Origin: Candidatus Bathyarchaeota archaeon
GTDB taxonomy: Archaea > Thermoproteota > Bathyarchaeia > 40CM-2-53-6
Direction: 5' to 3'
DNA length: 64,000 nucleotides
Assembly (NCBI GenBank): GCA_963706285.1
Contig: CAVPLU010000010.1
Span: 196,087 to 260,086 of the forward strand
Part shown: piece after piece, positions 10,489-21,475 of the stretch
Layout of the letters: every line of letters starts with the position of its first letter
Position numbering within the stretch: position 1 is the stretch's first letter
Made by a program: the position numbers and the translations under genes
The notes under the pieces: generated by a model
The model's input: the letters and a program-made list of their open reading frames with translations, nothing else
The model's database searches: none
Told to the model about the DNA's origin: nothing

Positions 10489-11601
10489 ATGAGCAGAGAT
10501 TTCGAGAACGTAAAGCGAATTGTAGTCAAGATTGGGACATCAGTTCTCACGAAGCCAGATGGATCTCTTGACAAGGAGTACATGCAGGAAGTTGCGAGAC
10601 AGTGCTGCGCAATAATGGCGCAGGGTAGAATAGTGACTATTGTAAGTTCAGGCGCTATAGGTTCCGGAGTCAGAGAGTTAGGACTCAAACAACCGCCGAG
10701 GGATATACCAACTAGGCAGGCAGCTGCGGCTGTCGGCCAAAGCATACTCATGGAAAGTTGGCGAGATGCCTTCAGGAAATCCGGAGCGAGAGTCGCGCAG
10801 ATACTTCTAACTTATGAGGGCTTCTCAAACAGAAGAACATACTTGAACTTGAGAAACTCTATGGCAGTTCTAACAAAGTGCGGGACGGTACCAATCATTA
10901 ATGAGAACGATCCGATCTCGGTCCATGAGATCGAGGCGACCTTCGGCGACAACGACCAATTGTCAGCCTTGGTTGCAGCTAACACTGATGCTGAGCTACT
11001 CATACTCCTAACCGATGTGGACGGACTCTACGATAAGAACCCGAGACACAAGGGTGCTAAGCTTGTTCACGAAGTAATCGAGATAACTCCAATAATCGAA
11101 AAGATTGCTGGCGGCCCTGGTTCATGGAGAACGAAAGGTGGCATGAGAACAAAGATTGAGGCAGCAAGAACAGCGACCAGATCGAAATGCGCCATGATAG
11201 TGGCTAACGCCAGAGTAGACGAGATCCTCACAAGAATTCTCAAGGGCGAAGAAATTGGCACGCTCTTCAGAGCCCAAAGAGCAGGATACACAAACAAGGA
11301 GAGATGGATAAGATACTCAAAAACTAACGGGATAATAGGAATCGACAAGAAAGCGAAGGATGCGCTTCTCACAGGTGCGGGTCTCCTGCCATCAGGCATT
11401 CTTAAGGTTCATGGGGATTTCACGCCTGGTGCCATCGTCTCCATAGCTCACCGAAGAGAAGAAATCGCGAAGGGCGTAGTAGAGTACTCATCCGAAGAGC
11501 TGAACAAAATAAAGGGCAAACATACGGACGAGATAGAAACAATTCTCGGATACAAGAACTATGACAATGTGGTCAGAAGAGAGAACATGGCCTTCGCATG
11601 A
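10489..11601 (+). CDS. proB: Glutamate 5-kinase with C-terminal PUA domain
   Basis: VVKIGTS, VSSGA, AAAAVGQ, NEND, FGDNDQLSA and GGMRTK. Confidence 0.97.
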   Translation: MSRDFENVKRIVVKIGTSVLTKPDGSLDKEYMQEVARQCCAIMAQGRIVTIVSSGAIGSGVRELGLKQPPRDIPTRQAAAAVGQSILMESWRDAFRKSGARVAQILLTYEGFSNRRTYLNLRNSMAVLTKCGTVPIINENDPISVHEIEATFGDNDQLSALVAANTDAELLILLTDVDGLYDKNPRHKGAKLVHEVIEITPIIEKIAGGPGSWRTKGGMRTKIEAARTATRSKCAMIVANARVDEILTRILKGEEIGTLFRAQRAGYTNKERWIRYSKTNGIIGIDKKAKDALLTGAGLLPSGILKVHGDFTPGAIVSIAHRREEIAKGVVEYSSEELNKIKGKHTDEIETILGYKNYDNVVRRENMAFA

Positions 11602-11667
11602 GCTGGTTACAGTTGATGGACCACGGGAACCTGCGCTTGGTGCTTGGTGGAAACGGCTCTCTGCCTA

Positions 11668-11982
11668 CTAGTCCTTGATCGCTTCGAGTATGCTCACGGC
11701 GTTCCAGAGCTTCACTCTAGTATACGGCGGCATGTTCGGGTCCTGGCTGATGTCATCAAGCATTGATATCGCGTTCGCCGCTCGAACCCCCAAACTATGG
11801 CCTGGAGTCTGGAGTGAATCCATAGCGGTCTTGGCGGCTCTTCTTATGTTCCTCGGGGTAGTCGTGTCGTTAGAAACCTCGTTTAGTACAGCCATCGCTT
11901 GCTTGGTTCGGTCCTCGTACTCTTCCTTGCGTTTTGCCTTCGACAATACCTGTCGCCCCGCATCGCTAAGTCGCTGACTCAC
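11668..11982 (-). CDS. UPF0147 family archaeal protein
   Basis: DTTTPRNIRRAA and DPNMPPYTRVKLW motifs. Confidence 0.92.
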   Translation of the reverse strand: MSQRLSDAGRQVLSKAKRKEEYEDRTKQAMAVLNEVSNDTTTPRNIRRAAKTAMDSLQTPGHSLGVRAANAISMLDDISQDPNMPPYTRVKLWNAVSILEAIKD

Positions 11983-12032
11983 GCATTTTATAGGTCCCGC
12001 CCAAAAACCTTCCCTTAGTACAGGCGATTCTG

Positions 12033-12377
12033 GTGGGCGCAGAAGTAAAACGAATGGCTGATCTACTCAGATCAGGCGCAACAATGCTGCAGGAGACGTG
12101 TCCAATATGCGCGACTCCTCTCTTTAGGCTCGGAAAAGACACATTCTGTCCAAAGTGTAATCGTCCAGTAGCTATCGTCAGATCAGCTGAGGAAGGGGTA
12201 AAGCTCGCCAGTCAACAAGTGCTTGACAACATCGAACAAGCAATTCTCGAGAAAGTCGCTGAACTTAACACCGCTATAAGGAATGAGCATGGACTCGCAC
12301 CGCTTCGGGAACTCGGAGAAGCAATTAAGACGTATCTTTCTGCCTTGGAACAGGTCAGAAGGCTCAGATCTGCCTAG
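12033..12377 (+). CDS. SSSCA1 / UPF0148 family zinc-ribbon protein
   Basis: MADLLRSGATML..CPIC..PLF...FCPKC. Confidence 0.9.
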   Translation: MGAEVKRMADLLRSGATMLQETCPICATPLFRLGKDTFCPKCNRPVAIVRSAEEGVKLASQQVLDNIEQAILEKVAELNTAIRNEHGLAPLRELGEAIKTYLSALEQVRRLRSA

Positions 12378-12412
12378 CACATGGCCCCAAGCGGGCCTTG
12401 CTCTAGTCGACC

Positions 12413-13363
12413 TCACGGCGCTACACGAGGCGTCAGCATGTTGTTTATCGCCTCAAAGAATTCGTTGAGTTTATCCAGAGGAACTCGTGCGCCGCACGCC
12501 TCAGCATGTCCCCCTCCTGAGGCTCCGAGCTTAGGGGCGACTGTTCGAAGGATCCTGTTCAAATCGACAGATTTGTCTATGACTCGGAACGAAATGTCAG
12601 CCACATCGCGACGTGGGTCCTTGTCGACGTAGGCTCCGATGCCGACTCCCGTGGCAGCGGCGGCGTAAGTTGCCCCCTTTCCGGCCGGACCGTTCAAGTC
12701 GTATGCAACGCCTATTATTCCCAATTTCGTCGCGCTTTTCTCTACGCGTTGTCTGAATGATTCCTCTAGCTCACTCGCCTTGACGGCTGATGCAACGATC
12801 CTGCTGTCTTCGCAAGGTGGCCTACAACTGGCCAGGAGATCAACAATCTGCCTGTGAAACTCGTGGTCAGGTCGTGTGACCTCCAATGCTCCGCATAGGA
12901 AGCCTGCTTGGAGAAAGACGGAGCGTTTATCCCACCTTTGTAGGCGGTCGACGCACAACGGAGTCAGATCCGCATAGTCGCCGATTGCACCCATTAGCAT
13001 CACTCTCTCAGCCTCTCTCTTGAGCCTCGGCGCTAGGTGAGTGAACGTCAGCTCTGAAGCCGATACTGTGCCCGCTATGACTTCAACACTCGATTGTCTA
13101 GGAAAAGAAGTTGCGGTATCAGGATGATGATCAATGTAGAGGACTTTGCCGCGCCATCGCGATAGTCTGCTCACGATCTGCTCCTTCGCAAGCTCGCATA
13201 ATGCTAAATCGAGCACCATGAGGTCTCTTCGACTATCCATCTGATCGAGGTCATGCAACAGGCTACATGGCTTGCTGAAGAAGATCTTTGAGGCTGGATC
13301 ACTCATCCTCACAAGTGCTGCGCTGCAGATTCCATCAGCATCTTCATGCGCTATGATCTGCAT
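12413..13363 (-). CDS. DHH/DHHA1 family phosphoesterase
   Basis: HEDADG, DHH, IGD and GGGHAEACG. Confidence 0.9.
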   Translation of the reverse strand: MQIIAHEDADGICSAALVRMSDPASKIFFSKPCSLLHDLDQMDSRRDLMVLDLALCELAKEQIVSRLSRWRGKVLYIDHHPDTATSFPRQSSVEVIAGTVSASELTFTHLAPRLKREAERVMLMGAIGDYADLTPLCVDRLQRWDKRSVFLQAGFLCGALEVTRPDHEFHRQIVDLLASCRPPCEDSRIVASAVKASELEESFRQRVEKSATKLGIIGVAYDLNGPAGKGATYAAAATGVGIGAYVDKDPRRDVADISFRVIDKSVDLNRILRTVAPKLGASGGGHAEACGARVPLDKLNEFFEAINNMLTPRVAP

Positions 13364-13464
13364 CGTTATTCTCGGATTATGATGGAGGCCTCGAGTATTT
13401 CAGGCAGGATGTTTCCCAAACATCCGCTCGGCAATTCTTAATTCGCTCGCTCTTACGCTCTGAG

Positions 13465-15753
13465 TTGATAACCTTGGCTCCCCCCAGCCTCTATGATCAT
13501 CCTCTGATCAATGCAGAGTCGATCGAGAGGCGAACCTATCAAGAAAGGGTGGCCGAGAATGCACTTCGCGGAAACACTCTCGTCTCCATACCGACTGGAC
13601 TAGGGAAATCCCTGATCGCTGCCTTGGTTGCTGCAAGGAGACTGGATCAGTATCCGGAAAGAAGTGTGGTAGTCTTGGCGCCGACACGCCCACTGGTAGA
13701 ACAACACTACAATACATTCAAGCGATTGCTACGACTCGATCCCAGAGAATTTTCCTGCATAACGGGGCAGATGTCTCCCGATGATAGAAACCAGGCCTGG
13801 GCGAAGCGGCTGATCGTTTCCACGCCTCAAGTCTTTGTCAACGACCTAATCTCCGGAAAGATTAACCTCGCTCGGATCTCTCTCCTCGTGTTCGATGAAG
13901 CCCATAGGGCTGTGGGCGACTACGCTTACACCTACATCGGAGAAAGGTACGCCAAAATTATGCATGGTCTTGTGTTAGGACTGACAGCATCTCCAGGATC
14001 AAGCAAAGAGGCAATACAGGAAGTCTGCAACAACCTCAACATCAAACGCGTCGAAGCTCGGACGATCTCAGATCAAGACGTGAAACCGTTCGTTGGAGGA
14101 ATCAAGGTTGACTGGATCGCTGTGGAACTGCCCCCTGTTTTCCGAGAAGTGAAGCGGTTGCTCGGTGACTATGCGAAGGATGTTCTGAAGGGAGCCAGAG
14201 ACTACGGTTATCTGCCAACCGCAGATGCCGACAGAATTCGACTACGCGACATCCTTGCAGCGAGGGAGAAGATCCGTCATGACATGATTCATGAGCCAGC
14301 TGCCAAAGAGTTGCTTCGAAGAATATCGTTCGGTCTCTATTCATCCATACATGCGCTTAAGGCCACGGAGCTCCTTGAGACACAAGGATTCTCGCCACTG
14401 AAGGCTTACCTTGATGGCCTTCAGGAACGTGCGCAGAAGCGAGCTATGCCTTGGCTTAGGGCATTCCTTGAAGATCCTAGAATCGTGAATATTTCAGGCA
14501 TTGCATCGCAGGAAGTAGAGAAGGGTAACGAACATCCAAAATTGCAGGTCCTCATCGCAAGGGTCAAGGAAACATTCGCGCTTGGTTCTAGGCGCGTCAT
14601 GGTATTCACCAACTATAGGGCAACCGCGGCTAGGCTAGTTGAAGAACTAAGCAAGGAGCCCGGGGTCTCAGCCGTTCGACTTGTGGGGCAGCAAACGAAG
14701 AGCGCCGACAAGGGCCTCTCTCAGAAACAACAGACGATGCTCCTTGAAGATTTCAAGTCAGGTCAATACAATGTTCTAGTCGCCACCCAGATCGGCGAAG
14801 AAGGTCTTGACATCGTCGAATGTGATGAGGTCATATTCTATGACACGGTCCCGAGCGCAATCAGATTCATTCAGCGGAGAGGAAGGACTGGCAGAAAGGG
14901 GCCTGGGAAAGCAACCGTACTGATGGCTATCGGAACCAGAGATGAGGCATACTATTACATCTCGCGACGACGAGAAAGAATGATGGCTATCGCTCTGAAG
15001 CAGGTCGCTTCCCAGGCGACCGAAATGGAACCCGAGCAGCCTAACTTGGAAGAGTTCCTGAAGGAAGAGCCTATGAAAGAAGCTTCGCAGAAACCCACGA
15101 TCATTGTAGACTCACGTGAACTTGGCTCACCAACGACGAGGGAACTCTCCAAATACGATATCCTCATCACACAAGAGACCCTAAGCATAGGCGACTTCAT
15201 CATATCAGATCGAACGGCGATAGAACGAAAAACCGCCGAGGACTTCGTTGCCTCGATAATTGATGGGCGTCTATTCGAACAAATATCCAATCTCAAGTCC
15301 GCCTATGAAATGCCGATCCTGCTGATTGAAGGCGAGAGTTTCCAGACATCCCGCAACATCGCACCGGAAGCTGTCATGGGAGCAGTTGCAAGCATCATCA
15401 TAGACTTCAGCGTACCTGTGGTGTGGACGAGAAGCCCCTCAGAAACTGCTCTTCTGCTGCTTTCGATCGCAAGACGTGAACAATCAAAGGGAGAACGCCG
15501 GCCCCGGATAAGAATGGAGCGTAGACCCGAGTCGCTTGCGCACGAGCAGGAATTTGTCGTCGCAGGTCTACCGTTAGTTGACAGAATCATCGCTAGGCGG
15601 CTGCTCAAGGCCTTCGGAAGCGTCGAGAAGGTCTTCGTGGCTTCCGAGAAGGAGCTTCAAAACGTGGAGGGAATAGGCAAGAAGATTTCTGATCGGATCA
15701 GAAAACTGCTCACCACCCCATACAAGGAAAGCGACATGACCTCCCATGACTAG
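13465..15753 (+). CDS. hef: Hef helicase-nuclease (SF2 DEAH helicase + ERCC4/XPF nuclease + HhH)
   Basis: PTGLGKS, DEAH, TASPG and QRRGRTGR, then VDSRE...GDF...ERK and a HhH motif (EGIGKK). Confidence 0.95.
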   Translation: MITLAPPSLYDHPLINAESIERRTYQERVAENALRGNTLVSIPTGLGKSLIAALVAARRLDQYPERSVVVLAPTRPLVEQHYNTFKRLLRLDPREFSCITGQMSPDDRNQAWAKRLIVSTPQVFVNDLISGKINLARISLLVFDEAHRAVGDYAYTYIGERYAKIMHGLVLGLTASPGSSKEAIQEVCNNLNIKRVEARTISDQDVKPFVGGIKVDWIAVELPPVFREVKRLLGDYAKDVLKGARDYGYLPTADADRIRLRDILAAREKIRHDMIHEPAAKELLRRISFGLYSSIHALKATELLETQGFSPLKAYLDGLQERAQKRAMPWLRAFLEDPRIVNISGIASQEVEKGNEHPKLQVLIARVKETFALGSRRVMVFTNYRATAARLVEELSKEPGVSAVRLVGQQTKSADKGLSQKQQTMLLEDFKSGQYNVLVATQIGEEGLDIVECDEVIFYDTVPSAIRFIQRRGRTGRKGPGKATVLMAIGTRDEAYYYISRRRERMMAIALKQVASQATEMEPEQPNLEEFLKEEPMKEASQKPTIIVDSRELGSPTTRELSKYDILITQETLSIGDFIISDRTAIERKTAEDFVASIIDGRLFEQISNLKSAYEMPILLIEGESFQTSRNIAPEAVMGAVASIIIDFSVPVVWTRSPSETALLLLSIARREQSKGERRPRIRMERRPESLAHEQEFVVAGLPLVDRIIARRLLKAFGSVEKVFVASEKELQNVEGIGKKISDRIRKLLTTPYKESDMTSHD

Positions 15754-15822
15754 CTGTGGCTTGAGTTACAGCAAAGACCTATTCTATCTGGCGCAGTTAG
15801 CTTATTGCCTCAAAAGTGACGG

Positions 15823-16818
15823 TTGTTCATGAGCGAACTCGATTCTGTGCTCGAAAGATACGCGGCTACGGTGAATCGGCAAATCGAGAAGTATCTTCCT
15901 CGGAGCGGCCGACCAGTCACGCTTCACCAACCGATGTGGGAACTACTCGATCGTGGAGGAAAGAGGTTCAGGCCAGCCTTGACGCTTCTCTTCTGCAAGG
16001 CAGCGGGCGGCAAAGAACGAAGGGCAATTCCAGCCGCTAGCGCCGTTGAAATTCTCCACAACATGACATTGATTCATGATGACATTGAGGATCAGAGTGA
16101 ACTCCGAAGAGGGAAACCGTGCGTTCACATAATGTTCGGGCAGTCCGCAGCAATCAACTCAGGCGACGCGATGCTGATCAAAGTCTTCGAAGCCGCCGCC
16201 GACGGATCACTTGAGGCTGCCACCAAGAACAGCCTCGTTCAACTATTTGCGAAGAGGGCCTTTCAGGTTACGAAGGGTCAAGCGCTAGAATTCGAACTCA
16301 ACAACCGCGAAATCTTCACCGACGAGGATGTTATCGAAGTCTTACGAAACAAGACAAGTGCCCTCGTTGCTTTAGCATGTGAAGCTGGAGTGATCGTAGC
16401 TGGCGCAAAGAAGAGTCAGCTATCTGTCGCAGGCAAGTTTGGCGAAGCCACAGGCGTTGGATTCCAAATCGTTGACGATCTTCTAAACGTCACAGGCGAT
16501 GTTCGAAAGTACGGAAAGGAGATTGGCGGTGACATCAGAGAAGGCAAACGAACCATCATGGCGGCCCACCTAGTCAAATCTGCCTCACCAGAAGACCGAG
16601 AACAATTCATGAAAATGCTTGGGAAATCTGCCATATCACAAGATGAGATCGGGAAAACAATCGAACTATACAAGAAATACGGATCGATTGACTACGCGAG
16701 GAGGCTAGCAGACAGATACATCGAAGAGGGACTGAGCGCCCTCAGGAGATTGCCTAGATCGAATGCAAGAGACACAATTGAGGCTCTTGCTGGATACATG
16801 ATTCGAAGAGAAATCTGA
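15823..16818 (+). CDS. Geranylgeranyl diphosphate synthase (polyprenyl synthetase)
   Basis: GGKRFRP, LIHDDIED..RRG, FQIVDD and GDIREGK. Confidence 0.93.
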   Translation: MFMSELDSVLERYAATVNRQIEKYLPRSGRPVTLHQPMWELLDRGGKRFRPALTLLFCKAAGGKERRAIPAASAVEILHNMTLIHDDIEDQSELRRGKPCVHIMFGQSAAINSGDAMLIKVFEAAADGSLEAATKNSLVQLFAKRAFQVTKGQALEFELNNREIFTDEDVIEVLRNKTSALVALACEAGVIVAGAKKSQLSVAGKFGEATGVGFQIVDDLLNVTGDVRKYGKEIGGDIREGKRTIMAAHLVKSASPEDREQFMKMLGKSAISQDEIGKTIELYKKYGSIDYARRLADRYIEEGLSALRRLPRSNARDTIEALAGYMIRREI

Positions 16819-17253
16819 GAGGTCAAGTCGCCGGTCTGTATGAATTCGTGCGCTTTCTTGACAACTTCCCAGGTGAGCTTTTCAAGTTCGGCGCGTCTCT
16901 CCGAGTACTTCGTGGCACAGAAGGCGTTCGCCTTCCAATCCGGTGTTCCACTAGCGGAATATGTCCCCGGCATGGTATGTGATCGCATCCTCGAAAGAGG
17001 TGCCGGCCTCCGGGAAAGAGGTGCCGCTTTGCGAGCCCTCATTAACGCCCGAAAGACGTGGATCATCGCCTACGATGAATGTGTGGCCATTGCGGGAGCT
17101 CTGCCGGGAAAGGGGGCATCCGTGCCCATAGTCTAGCCCCGAACATGCGAGCACGACCCAACGCTAAACAAATCCATCAGGAGTGCTTGACTCGCAGCTG
17201 CTTCATTCTCGGAAACGGTGGGATAGTCCCCTCGAGTCACCAAGAAAATACTT

Positions 17254-17862
17254 CTAAACTTCAAACTCTCGCAGTTTACTCATGACGAGATTCAAGACGT
17301 TCTCGCCCACTTTCTCGATAGTCTGAGTTGCGTCAACGAGTGTAAGTTCTCCTGACTCTGCCAACTTCAAGTATTCTTCTCTGACTCGCTCTTGAAGAGC
17401 CAGCTTCTCCAGGAGACTCTTCTTTCTCTTTATCCTGCTCATTCCCGTCTTAGCGGGAACATCAAGATACAAAGCAAGGTCCGGCTTCACGGCGAACTGG
17501 TTAATCTCTTGAAGCCATTGTGAATCCACATCTTGTGCACCCTGGTAGGCGAAAGAGGCGTAGACGTAGCGGTCACATACCACAATCCTTCCAACGGCAA
17601 GCGCAGGAAGTATCTCAGATTCAAGGTGCAGAAATCGGTCAGCCGCGAATAGAAGAGCCTCGACTTCCGGGCGCGTCTTCTTTCCGTGGAGAATTCGTCG
17701 TCGAATCAACCTGCCTACTGTGCTCCGGCTTGGCTCGGCTGTGGGATGAACCTTGTACCCCTCGCGTCTCAGCGCAGCGCAGAGCACTCTCGCCTGAGTT
17801 GTCTTTCCGGAGCCATCGCTTCCTTCGAGAACTACGAATGTCCCTTTGAGAGGTCTTCTCAC
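17254..17862 (-). CDS. tmk: Thymidylate kinase
   Basis: LEGSDGSGKTT, LLFAADR and DRYVYASFAYQG. Confidence 0.95.
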   Translation of the reverse strand: MRRPLKGTFVVLEGSDGSGKTTQARVLCAALRREGYKVHPTAEPSRSTVGRLIRRRILHGKKTRPEVEALLFAADRFLHLESEILPALAVGRIVVCDRYVYASFAYQGAQDVDSQWLQEINQFAVKPDLALYLDVPAKTGMSRIKRKKSLLEKLALQERVREEYLKLAESGELTLVDATQTIEKVGENVLNLVMSKLREFEV

Positions 17863-18000
17863 AACTTGTCGCTCCCTGCGTTCCTTCCTTTTCGTTTGGA
17901 GGTCTCCGCCTCCGCCGCATAGAAAATGGTGTCGGTTTGTCTGTCAGTTTTCACGCACAAGAGTTCTACAGATCTTTTCCTTTTAAGGGCACGATAAGTA

Positions 18001-19314
18001 GTGGATGGCAGATGCACTCTGAGAGATAGAGAATCTTTGAACGAGAAAGGTTTCTGGGGGTTCATCAAGGATCCGATTCATGGTTACATTAGGCTCACAG
18101 AAACCGAGAGGAGAATCCTCGATACAGCTCCGGTTCAACGGCTAAGAAGGATCAGACAGCTTTCTGGAGCCGAGTACGCGTATCCTGCGGCAACACACAC
18201 TCGCTTTGAGCACGTACTCGGAACAATGTACTTGGCCGGGGTGGTTGCGGAGAATCTTCCTGCAGATCTCGATGAAGACGAGAAGAAAGCAGTGAAAGTC
18301 GCCGCACTATTGCATGATGTAGGGCATGCACCATTTTCGCATCTCTTCGAGCCGATGCTGCAGAGATACGTCGGGAAAACGCATGAGGATATGTCAACTC
18401 GCATCATTCTCGAGTCAGAACTCTCCGGCGTGCTTCAGCAGGAAGGGCTGGATCCAGAGAAGGTCAGCAGACTGTGCGTTGGGAGATACGGGGACTCGAA
18501 ACGGGCCTATCTGGACCAGATTATTCGAAGCTCTGTGGATGTCGACAAGATGGACTTTGTACTTCGAGACTCGTACCATACTGGCGCCGGGTACGGAGAC
18601 GTTGACATCTTTCGCTTGATCTACACCATGGACATTCTGAACGGCAACTTGGCTGTGGACGTGACTGCACTCTCAACCCTTGAAAGCTTCATTCTAGCGA
18701 GACTGGAATCATTCAGAACGATCTACTTCCACAAAACTTCGCGTGCCGCTCAAATAATGCTGCTAAAGGCCTTGGAATGCGCGAAGGACGACCTAGGCAT
18801 TTCTAAGCTCAGCTCCGTTGATGAGTATCTCATGCTTGATGACAACATCGTCTGGGCGACCCTTCGTAAGAACCCGAAGTCCAGAATGATCATTGAGGAT
18901 ATTGACAGGCGGAAACTGCTGAAATGTGCATACGAAAAGACATTCTTCGTGAAAGACGAGTTCCTTTCAAGCCTTTTCACGAAAGATGCGGTTCGTGACA
19001 AGATGGAGGAAGAGATTGCGTCAAAAGCGAAGGTTGATGTTGGGAATGTCAGCATAGATTTGCCGTCTCTTCCATCTGTGCCCTATCACTCTGCAGCGGA
19101 GCTGGAGCCCATGGATATTCCGGTATTCTACCGGGGATCGAATGGCGAGAAACTACCACAAAAGATCTCTGAGGTGTCAAAGATTGTAGACGTACTGACG
19201 GCCTACATGAACATCATTCGAGTCTACACGGTTGAACAACACAGAGAGCAAGTTCGAAGAGCAGCTGCAAGCGTACTCGGAGAATCCGCGCTATCGAGCC
19301 TCGTCTCATACTAA
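18001..19314 (+). CDS. HD-domain phosphohydrolase (SAMHD1 / dNTP triphosphohydrolase-like)
   Basis: DPIHG, QRLRRIRQL, HTRFEH, LLHDVGHAPFSH and DVDKMDF..RD. Confidence 0.92.
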   Translation: MDGRCTLRDRESLNEKGFWGFIKDPIHGYIRLTETERRILDTAPVQRLRRIRQLSGAEYAYPAATHTRFEHVLGTMYLAGVVAENLPADLDEDEKKAVKVAALLHDVGHAPFSHLFEPMLQRYVGKTHEDMSTRIILESELSGVLQQEGLDPEKVSRLCVGRYGDSKRAYLDQIIRSSVDVDKMDFVLRDSYHTGAGYGDVDIFRLIYTMDILNGNLAVDVTALSTLESFILARLESFRTIYFHKTSRAAQIMLLKALECAKDDLGISKLSSVDEYLMLDDNIVWATLRKNPKSRMIIEDIDRRKLLKCAYEKTFFVKDEFLSSLFTKDAVRDKMEEEIASKAKVDVGNVSIDLPSLPSVPYHSAAELEPMDIPVFYRGSNGEKLPQKISEVSKIVDVLTAYMNIIRVYTVEQHREQVRRAAASVLGESALSSLVSY

Positions 19315-19662
19315 CCGGTCGACTGAAGCTTCTTCAGATCGTCTAAGAGTTTCGCGTAGATTCTAAGCGCCTCAGACTCCTCGATCGACGTGTTTATCGA
19401 CACGACGGCAAGTTTGCCAAAAGACCCAACCGCCCTCTCGGCGAGCGCTCTGCTCGCCATCAGATATTTACCGCCCAGTAGAACTGATGATCGCCCTGCT
19501 TTCTCTTCCAAGATTCCTGGCATGGCTAAGGGCTACTGTGCCAAGCTTGCTCGCGCCTTCGTAGAAGAAAATCAGGACAGCGTTTTCCAACTTGACCAAG
19601 TTCGCTTGGAATACGACCCCATCGCGCTCAAACTTTGCATCTAACGATTCCAACGCAGGCAT
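19311..19662 (-). CDS. Proteasome assembly chaperone 4-like archaeal protein, frameshift near 19525
   Basis: Two ORF pieces join into ...KLGTVALS/MPG...SSVLLG...SRALAER...VVSIN, a pattern recalled from TACK genomes. Confidence 0.6.
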
Positions 19663-19761
19663 GACATATCGTCGCCTTAGGCATAGTCCGGACCCATAAG
19701 CTCAGATTTCAATATGTGCATTGACGATAGATAACGCCAAAGAATCGAGAGGACAAGGAAA

Positions 19762-20452
19762 GTGCGCATCGCAGTAATCTCAGATCTCCACTCTAACTTC
19801 GACGCCCTACAAGCCGTTCTATCAGACATAGGCGATTATGACGCCCTTGTGTGCCTAGGAGATCTCGTCGGGTACGGTGCGCAGCCAAACGAAGTCGTCT
19901 CCGAGATCAGATCGCTGAGACCAGACGCGATTGTGATGGGGAACCATGACTACGCCGTCTCGACTGGTGACACGTCGGGTTTCGTGCGTCATGCAGTACA
20001 AGCGGTAGAGTGGACGCGCAGACAGATATCACCTGAGAATCTCAAGTATATCGCGAGTCTACGTTCAAAAGCAACTTTCGCAGTCGACGAAGTCAATATC
20101 GCTCTGGTTCATGGAAGCCCCAGAGATCCACTTAACGAGTACATCTACCCGGATGTCTCAGACTTCATCCTCAGAAGCCTGATCGAGGAATCCGGAGGAG
20201 ACTCGCTCCTTCTCGGACACACCCATATTCCTTTCACTCACAGCTACGGTTCGAAGACTGATCGGAAATCCAGGCAGTGTAGGTCAGCCCAGAGACGGCG
20301 ACGCTCGAGCAAGCTATGCTATCCTCGAACCATCCGCTGAAGTCGAATTCCAGATACGCAGAATCAGCTACGATATCGATGCGGCCGCGAGCAAGATAGT
20401 TGCAGGAGGGCTTCCAAAGTTGCTTGCGGATCGCTTGTTCAAGGGATTCTAG
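19762..20452 (+). CDS. Metallophosphoesterase (YfcE / calcineurin-like), frameshift near 20260
   Basis: SDLHSN, LGDLVGYG, GNHD, HGSP and GHTH. My translation of the shifted frame gives NPGSVGQPRDGD up to TAG at 20450-20452. Confidence 0.9.
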
Positions 20453-20599
20453 ACCTAGATTCTAGCTTAGCGGAGCTCCAATACAACATGTGGGTTGGCA
20501 ATCATATTTTCGCATAAATGCCCGATTGGCTCTTTGGAGTCCTCCGGAAATACATCAGGCGAAAAGAGACATCACGGTCAGCTAATTTCTCGCGAACGG

Positions 20600-21155
20600 C
20601 TAGAGAATACTCGCAATCAACATCACTATTCCTGCGCCAATTGGAATGGCCAGATTGTCGTCAAGAATTTCAAGAAGCTCGAGCAACATTCCAGCAACCG
20701 AGCCTGCTAACGCAAGATAGGGAGGAACCCACAGTAGCGCAACCGCAAACGAAACAATCACTCCGGCCGCAAAACCCTCCAGTGTCTTCTTCCTCACATG
20801 TATTCGACCAAACCTTCTGCCGAACGTACGCTGCCATTGGGTCGCCCACCGCGACAATTGTGATTGAAGCGTATGCGATGTTCTTCGGAAAAAGGAGCAG
20901 AGACATAATCACGCCGACGGCCAGGTAGATGGGTGCCGTAACCAGACGGGGTGTCTCATTCTCACGACTCATCCTGAGCGTGAATTTCGTGATTAGTGGT
21001 AGTTGTTTGCCTCTAAGACGCAATTCCTCCGAGAGAATGTAGGTGATGGTTACCGCGATGAGAATTGCCAGGATTATGGATTTGGAGGTTGCCTCCGCTA
21101 AGAAAGGGATCAGCAACGCTACGAGATGTACGACTGTTCTGAGTTTGCTCGTCAA
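20600..21155 (-). CDS. Dolichol/phytol kinase-like membrane protein (CTP_transf_1), frameshifted
   Basis: RTVVHL and VGDPMAA in the first piece, then FGR...KKTLEG and DDNLAIP in the second. Confidence 0.85.
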
Positions 21156-21281
21156 TCAAACCGCTCTGCCGACAGCGCTTCTGAGTTCAGCTTGGCTATG
21201 CGCCCTTATCGCTCCTTCGGCAGAGCGCAGCACCGTGCACCGCTCTGGTATGATTCGCCGAGAAGGATCGCTGACATTATT

Positions 21282-21470
21282 TCATGTCTTTCTGTATCTC
21301 TTGTAGCTAAACACTAGAAGTCCCGAAATTGCAGCAATCACAACTATCGACCCGACCATTATCCATGGAGGTGTGAGTGAGAGTTCGATAGGTAATGTTG
21401 TAGCCGTGGTAGTTGTCACCGTTGAAGTTGACCATGGTGTGTGAAGAAGTCACTACAGACACTGTTATGC
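21282..21470 (-). pseudogene. Orphan C-terminal remnant of a cell-surface protein (Thr-rich linker, TM helix, basic tail)
   Basis: My translation: STSTVTTTTATTLPIELSLTPPWIMVGSIVVIAAISGLLVFSYKRYRKT*. No upstream domains. Confidence 0.5.
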
Positions 21471-21475
21471 TCGTT

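Noticed and set aside
18001-19314. HD protein as an antiviral dNTPase
   Set aside because: It sits among housekeeping genes (tmk, PAC4-like), and the family is widespread in archaea.
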